Shown here: in pieces, positions 59,518 through 64,000 of the stretch | How positions within the stretch are numbered: position 1 is the first letter of the stretch | How the letters are laid out: each line of letters begins with the position of its first letter | Assembly (NCBI GenBank): GCA_050287845.1 | Contig: JBNKCR010000017.1 | Location: 18,186-82,185, forward strand | Length of the DNA: 64,000 nucleotides | Direction: 5' to 3' | Source: Polyangia bacterium | GTDB taxonomy: Bacteria > Myxococcota_A > Polyangia > JAAYKL01 | Notes under the pieces: generated by a model | What the model saw: the letters and a program-made list of their open reading frames with translations, nothing else | Databases searched by the model: none | Told to the model about the DNA's origin: nothing | Program-made: the position numbers and the translations under genes

Positions 59518-60819
59518 ATGACAGAATGGAAAGCGGGACAGAAGAGTCGGGCGCTTTTTGATGCGGCCAGACAGATTATCCCCGGCGGTGTGAATTCACC
59601 GGTCCGGGCGTTCAAATCCGTGGGGCTGACGCCCTTTCTGGTGGCCCGGGCCGACGGTCCGTTTGTTTACGATGTGGATGAGAATCAATACATCGATTTC
59701 ATGGGTTCCTGGGGCCCGCTGATTCTGGGGCACAATAATGAAGGGATTCGGGCAGCACTGGTGGATGCGGCGAGTCGGGGGATTTCGTTTGGTGCATCTC
59801 ATGAGGCGGAGCTTCACATGGCGGAACTCATTCATGAAATGATGCCCCAGGTGGAAATGGTGCGGCTGGTGAATTCGGGAACAGAAGCCACCATGAGCGC
59901 GGTCCGTCTGGCCCGGGGGGCCACGGGCCGGGAAAAAATCGTCAAATTTGACGGATGTTATCACGGGCATGCTGATGGGTTTCTGATTAACGCCGGATCC
60001 GGTGCGGCCACGCTGGGAGTGCCCAGTTCACCGGGGGTGCCCAAGGGCGCGGCAAAGGATACCCTCACGGCCATCTACAATGATCTGGCATCGGTGCAGG
60101 CCCTGTTCGATGCCAATCCGGGACAGATTGCCGCGGTGATTGTGGAGCCGGTGGCGGGGAATATGGGCTGCGTGCTGCCCGCAGAGGGATTTCTGGCTGG
60201 CCTGCGGAAAATGTGCACGGATGCCGGTGCGCTGCTGATTTTTGACGAAGTGATTACCGGTTTTCGCGTGGCCCGGGGGGGCGCCCGGGAACGGTTCGGC
60301 GTGGAAGCGGACTTAACCACCCTGGGTAAGGTGATTGGGGGCGGGATGCCGGTAGGAGCGTTCGGCGGAAAAAAAGAACTGATGCGGCAGATGGCACCGG
60401 AAGGACCGGTGTATCAGGCGGGTACCCTGGCGGGAAATCCGCTGGCCACTGCGTGCGGTATTGCCGCGCTCTCGCAACTCAACGAACCGGGGGTGTATGA
60501 TACCCTGGAGCGTATCGGTCAACAGATGGAATCCATCCTGAAAGAAACTGCAGCAGCGTCCCATCAATCCATTGTTGTGAACCGGGTGGGCAGCATGATG
60601 GGATTCTATTTCACCGACGAACCGGTACGGAATTTCACTGACGTCTGCAAAACCAGGATCAATAAGTTCAATCCATTTTTCAGCGCGTTGCTGACCAACG
60701 GGGTTTCGGTTGCACCGTCGGGATATGAGGCATTGTTTGTGAGTATGGCCCATAGCGATGAAGTGCTGGCCCGGGTTCGCAACGCGTTTGATGTGGCATT
60801 TCAAAGCCTGAAAGGATAA
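59518..60819 (+). CDS. hemL: glutamate-1-semialdehyde 2,1-aminomutase
   Basis: 'IIPGGVNSPVRAF' and the PLP-Lys region 'TTLGKVIGGGMPVGAFGG'. Start refined to the ATG at 59518 with a GAGGTGG RBS. Confidence 0.9.
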   Translation: MTEWKAGQKSRALFDAARQIIPGGVNSPVRAFKSVGLTPFLVARADGPFVYDVDENQYIDFMGSWGPLILGHNNEGIRAALVDAASRGISFGASHEAELHMAELIHEMMPQVEMVRLVNSGTEATMSAVRLARGATGREKIVKFDGCYHGHADGFLINAGSGAATLGVPSSPGVPKGAAKDTLTAIYNDLASVQALFDANPGQIAAVIVEPVAGNMGCVLPAEGFLAGLRKMCTDAGALLIFDEVITGFRVARGGARERFGVEADLTTLGKVIGGGMPVGAFGGKKELMRQMAPEGPVYQAGTLAGNPLATACGIAALSQLNEPGVYDTLERIGQQMESILKETAAASHQSIVVNRVGSMMGFYFTDEPVRNFTDVCKTRINKFNPFFSALLTNGVSVAPSGYEALFVSMAHSDEVLARVRNAFDVAFQSLKG

Positions 60820-60821
60820 TT

Positions 60822-61853
60822 ATGGCTGACCCGAAAAACGATCTGTTTCTGAAGGCATGCCTGGGTCAGGAAGTGACGCGCACGCCGGTGTGGATGATGC
60901 GGCAGGCTGGCCGATACATGGCGGAATATCGAAAAGTCCGGGAGGACCACGATTTCTGGGAAGTATGCCGCACGCCGGATTTGGCCTGTGAAGTGACCAT
61001 GCAGCCCATTGATCGCCTGAAACCCGATGCGGCCATTCTTTTTTCTGATATTCTGGTGGTGCTGCCGCCTCTGGGATTGGACGTGGTGTTTAACCCGGGA
61101 CCCATGCTCGATGCGCCCATCCGGAAAGAATCCGATGTGCGGGCACTCAAAAAATTTGATGTGCAGGAAGAGTTGGGATTTGTATTTGACGCGCTGCGAC
61201 AGATAAAGGTATCCCTCAACGGCCGGGCCAATCTGATTGGGTTCGGGGGGGCGCCCCTCACCCTGGCCGCCTACATGGTGGAAGGGGGGAAAAGCCGGAA
61301 TTTTGAACACCTGAAACGTTTCTTTTATCAGGAAGAGGCGGTGGCCCATCAGCTGCTGGATTTGCTGGTGGAGGTGCAGAGCGATTTTCTGACCGCGCAA
61401 ATTGATGCAGGGGCAGAAGCGGTTCAGATTTTCGATACCTGGGGCGGCAGTATGCCCAGGGATATCATTGAACGGTTCGTGATTCCCAAGGTGGCGCGTC
61501 TGGTTGAAAATGTGAAGCGTCCGGGGGTGCCGGTGATTTATTTCATGAAAGATGCCGCCCATGTTCTGGACCTGTTGGGGGCCACCGGCGCGGATGTGTT
61601 GTCCATTGACGACAAAATCACCCTTGATGTGGCTGCCAGAGGCATCGGGCCGGGGCCCGCGCTGCAGGGTAATCTGGATTCGGCAGTGCTGTTCTGCGAT
61701 AAAAATGTGATTTCACAGCAGGTACAGAAAGTGTTGGACGCCATGCCTGCCGGCAGAGGACACGTATTCAATCTGGGTCATGGGATTTTGCCGGAAACGC
61801 CGGTGGAAAATGCGGCTTTCATGATTGAAGAAGTCAAACGGCTAAGCGTATGA
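60822..61853 (+). CDS. hemE: uroporphyrinogen decarboxylase
   Basis: 'TPVWMMRQAGRYM' is the URO-D signature 1. Confidence 0.9.
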   Translation: MADPKNDLFLKACLGQEVTRTPVWMMRQAGRYMAEYRKVREDHDFWEVCRTPDLACEVTMQPIDRLKPDAAILFSDILVVLPPLGLDVVFNPGPMLDAPIRKESDVRALKKFDVQEELGFVFDALRQIKVSLNGRANLIGFGGAPLTLAAYMVEGGKSRNFEHLKRFFYQEEAVAHQLLDLLVEVQSDFLTAQIDAGAEAVQIFDTWGGSMPRDIIERFVIPKVARLVENVKRPGVPVIYFMKDAAHVLDLLGATGADVLSIDDKITLDVAARGIGPGPALQGNLDSAVLFCDKNVISQQVQKVLDAMPAGRGHVFNLGHGILPETPVENAAFMIEEVKRLSV

Positions 61854-63256
61854 CCGACACCACGGATTTCATCACGCCGGCGCTGCTGGCCAGATATGAC
61901 AAGCCTGGACCGCGATACACGTCGTATCCCACGGCGCTGGAGTTTCACGATGGTGTGGGTGATGCGGATTACAGCCAACGGCTTTCCCTGCTGGCCGAGG
62001 AGCGGTTGCCCCTGAGTATGTATGTACATATTCCCTTTTGCAGAAGCCGATGTCATTTTTGTGGATGCCATACATCGCTGTGTCGCGAAGCCGGTGACAT
62101 TGAAGCGTATGTGTCCCACCTGTGCGCGGAAGTGGATTTGCTGGCGTCACGGCTGGGTGGCGCCCCCATGCCGCTGGTGGCCCTGCATCTGGGGGGGGGC
62201 ACGCCCACCTATCTGAGCGATACGCTGATGGGTCGGATCATTGAAAAAATCAATGACGCTTTTGATGTGGATAAAAATGCTGAAGTTTCCATTGAAGTGA
62301 ATCCGGCCGTCAGCAGCAGACAGCAGATTGCATTTATGCGCACCCTTGGGTTCAATCGCATCAGCGTCGGGGTACAGGACTTCAGTCCGACCGTGCTTCA
62401 GGCCATTGGTCGTCATCAGACCCGGGCAGAGACACTGGATATTGTGGATGCCGCCCGGAACGCCGGGTTTTCTTCGGTGAATTTTGACCTGATTTACGGG
62501 TTGCCATATCAGACGGAGGCATCGTTCAACCAGACCCTGGAAGAAGTGCTGGCGGTGCGGCCGGATCGGGTGGCGCTGTATTCATTTGCGTATATTCCCT
62601 GGATTCGGGAAAATCAGAGTCGCATCGACGAAACGGCATTGCCCGGTCGGGACGACAAGTTCGCCTTTTTTGCCAATGCCCTGAAGCGGTTTACCCGGGA
62701 AGGATATTTACAGATTGGGATGGATCACTTTGCCCTTGCCGAAGATGAGCTGGGCAAGGCCACGCAGAATGGTACACTGTTTCGCAATTTCATGGGATAC
62801 ACGGTGACAAGAAGTCGCGATACCCTTGGGGTAGGGGTGTCCAGCATTGGCTATGTGAAAGGCGCGTTCTTTCAGAATGAAAAGGAGAACGATCACTACT
62901 ATGGCCTTGTGAACAACGGACAGCTCCCCATCATGAAAGGGTTGGTGCTTTCAGGTGACGATTTGATTCGGGCAAATCTGATTACCGAACTCATGTGTAA
63001 TTTCAGAGTGAATATTGCAGATTTCGAACAACGCTGGCAAATCCATTTTGCAACCTATTTTGCCGAAGAACTGGCCCAGCTTGCGGCCCAGCGGGAAGCC
63101 GAACTGAAAGGGTCGGAGCTGTCATTTACCACAATGGGCGATGCGTTGCAGCTTACGGCCGTGGGGCGATTGTTTGTGCGGAATGTCTGTATGGTGTTTG
63201 ACACGTATCTGAAGAACAAGTCTGAAAACAGACCTCTTTTTTCGAGGACAGTATAA
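61850..63256 (+). CDS. hemN: oxygen-independent coproporphyrinogen III oxidase (radical SAM)
   Basis: 'YVHIPFCRSRCHFCGC' CxxxCxxC radical SAM motif and a HemN C-terminal domain. Confidence 0.85.
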   Translation: MTDTTDFITPALLARYDKPGPRYTSYPTALEFHDGVGDADYSQRLSLLAEERLPLSMYVHIPFCRSRCHFCGCHTSLCREAGDIEAYVSHLCAEVDLLASRLGGAPMPLVALHLGGGTPTYLSDTLMGRIIEKINDAFDVDKNAEVSIEVNPAVSSRQQIAFMRTLGFNRISVGVQDFSPTVLQAIGRHQTRAETLDIVDAARNAGFSSVNFDLIYGLPYQTEASFNQTLEEVLAVRPDRVALYSFAYIPWIRENQSRIDETALPGRDDKFAFFANALKRFTREGYLQIGMDHFALAEDELGKATQNGTLFRNFMGYTVTRSRDTLGVGVSSIGYVKGAFFQNEKENDHYYGLVNNGQLPIMKGLVLSGDDLIRANLITELMCNFRVNIADFEQRWQIHFATYFAEELAQLAAQREAELKGSELSFTTMGDALQLTAVGRLFVRNVCMVFDTYLKNKSENRPLFSRTV

Positions 63257-64000
63257 TGAAACAAACAGCAATTGTGGGCGGCGGTGTTTCGGGGCTGGCT
63301 ATCGCATATGCATTGCAGCAGGCGGGGATGACCCCGGATGACATGGTCGTGCTGGAAAAAAGAAGCGTATCCGGGGGAAATGTGCAGACCGAAGTGATCG
63401 ATGGATACACCATTGAAAAAGGTCCCAACGGATTTCTTGACGACGCGCCGGCAACCCTGAAACTCATTGATGATCTGGAAATTGAAAGCGTGCTGCCCAG
63501 CAATCAGAATGCGGCCAGACGGTTTATCTGGCGGGCGGGAAAACTCCGGGAAATCAAACCGAACCCTGTGGCGTTTTTTGCCAGTGGGGTGTTGCCGTTG
63601 CCCGGCGCCTTGCGGGTGGCGCTGGAGCCATTTCAGAAAAAGGGAAATATCGATGACGAGTCGGTGTACGATTTCGCCGCGCGGCGAATCGGCAGAAGTG
63701 CGGCAGAATATTTAGTGGCCGCCATGGTACAGGGGGTGTTTGCGGGGGACGCAAAACAGATAGAACTGAAAAGCGCATTTCCCAAAATGTACGCCATGGA
63801 ACAGCGTCACGGTTCGCTGATCAAAGCGATGATAGCCAAATCCCGAATGAAAAAACAGCAAAGGAGGGGAGGGGGACCGGCCGGACCCGGAGGAAAGCTG
63901 ACCTCCTTTGATGGGGGGATGCAAACGCTCCCCGACACTCTGACAGCAAAGATACAGCCTTCGCTGCAGTTGAATTGCGGTGTGTCGAGTATCGAGAAAA
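63256..64000 (+). CDS. hemY: protoporphyrinogen/coproporphyrinogen oxidase (HemY family, FAD-dependent), 3'-partial
   Basis: FAD-binding 'IVGGGVSGLAIAYAL' at the N-terminus. TAATG overlap with the hemN stop. It runs off the window end. Confidence 0.75.
   Translation, partial: MKQTAIVGGGVSGLAIAYALQQAGMTPDDMVVLEKRSVSGGNVQTEVIDGYTIEKGPNGFLDDAPATLKLIDDLEIESVLPSNQNAARRFIWRAGKLREIKPNPVAFFASGVLPLPGALRVALEPFQKKGNIDDESVYDFAARRIGRSAAEYLVAAMVQGVFAGDAKQIELKSAFPKMYAMEQRHGSLIKAMIAKSRMKKQQRRGGGPAGPGGKLTSFDGGMQTLPDTLTAKIQPSLQLNCGVSSIEK

Noticed and set aside
1-64000. CRISPR arrays, rRNA genes, transposases or integrases
   Set aside because: No regularly spaced direct repeats of 25-40 bp were seen. No 16S/23S-like conserved strings. 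No DDE, tyrosine-recombinase or serine-recombinase motifs appear in any ORF. The R-M block therefore has no recognisable mobility gene.

Overview
This is a 64 kb bacterial chromosomal window with moderately high GC, dense coding and lipoprotein signals. Most of it is housekeeping or conserved genes, called from protein motifs read in the ORF track and sequence. On the + strand: a partial Aas-like acyltransferase-ACP-acyl ligase fusion, a Cys-rich lipoprotein, a receiver/DUF4388 protein, a tRNA-dihydrouridine synthase, a PDZ protein, uvrB, a Ser/Thr kinase, a DnaJ-domain protein, queC-queE, a PGM-family protein, ssb, a polysaccharide deacetylase, clpB, a sulfatase-family lipoprotein, and a roughly 2000-aa thioester alpha-2-macroglobulin lipoprotein. 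On the - strand: recF, dnaN, tRNA-Phe(GAA) with a terminator hairpin, a TPR/transglutaminase lipoprotein co-oriented with cdsA and uppS, yjbQ, an XRE-HTH regulator, and pepA. The right end is a long heme-biosynthesis cluster (hemX-like, hemA, hemC, hemD, hemB, hemL, hemE, hemN, hemY-partial), preceded by an FHA-GAF-sigma54 activator and two lipoproteins. The most unusual region is a roughly 10 kb, partly lower-GC block (about 40.5-50.5 kb). It holds a Type I restriction-modification locus in the order hsdR, class II Fic, hsdM, hsdS. Directly downstream is a 396-aa gene whose protein combines an N-terminal CxxC zinc-ribbon-like region with a RES-like (NAD+-targeting toxin family) domain. It is followed by an unknown 332-aa protein, and the block is flanked by repeat-rich and palindrome-bearing intergenic DNA. 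The Fic start codon sits inside a perfect 13-bp inverted repeat. Two DnaA-box clusters exist but there is no dnaA gene in the window. One cluster lies in the AT-rich dnaN/uvrB divergent intergenic region and is a candidate oriC. The other has three perfect TTATCCACA boxes interleaved with two copies of an 18-bp palindrome, upstream of queC. Candidate sigma54 -24/-12 promoters precede the Cys-rich lipoprotein gene and the DUF4388 gene. No CRISPR, rRNA, transposase or integrase was recognised. Every call rests on my reading of the sequence and ORF track, with no database search.
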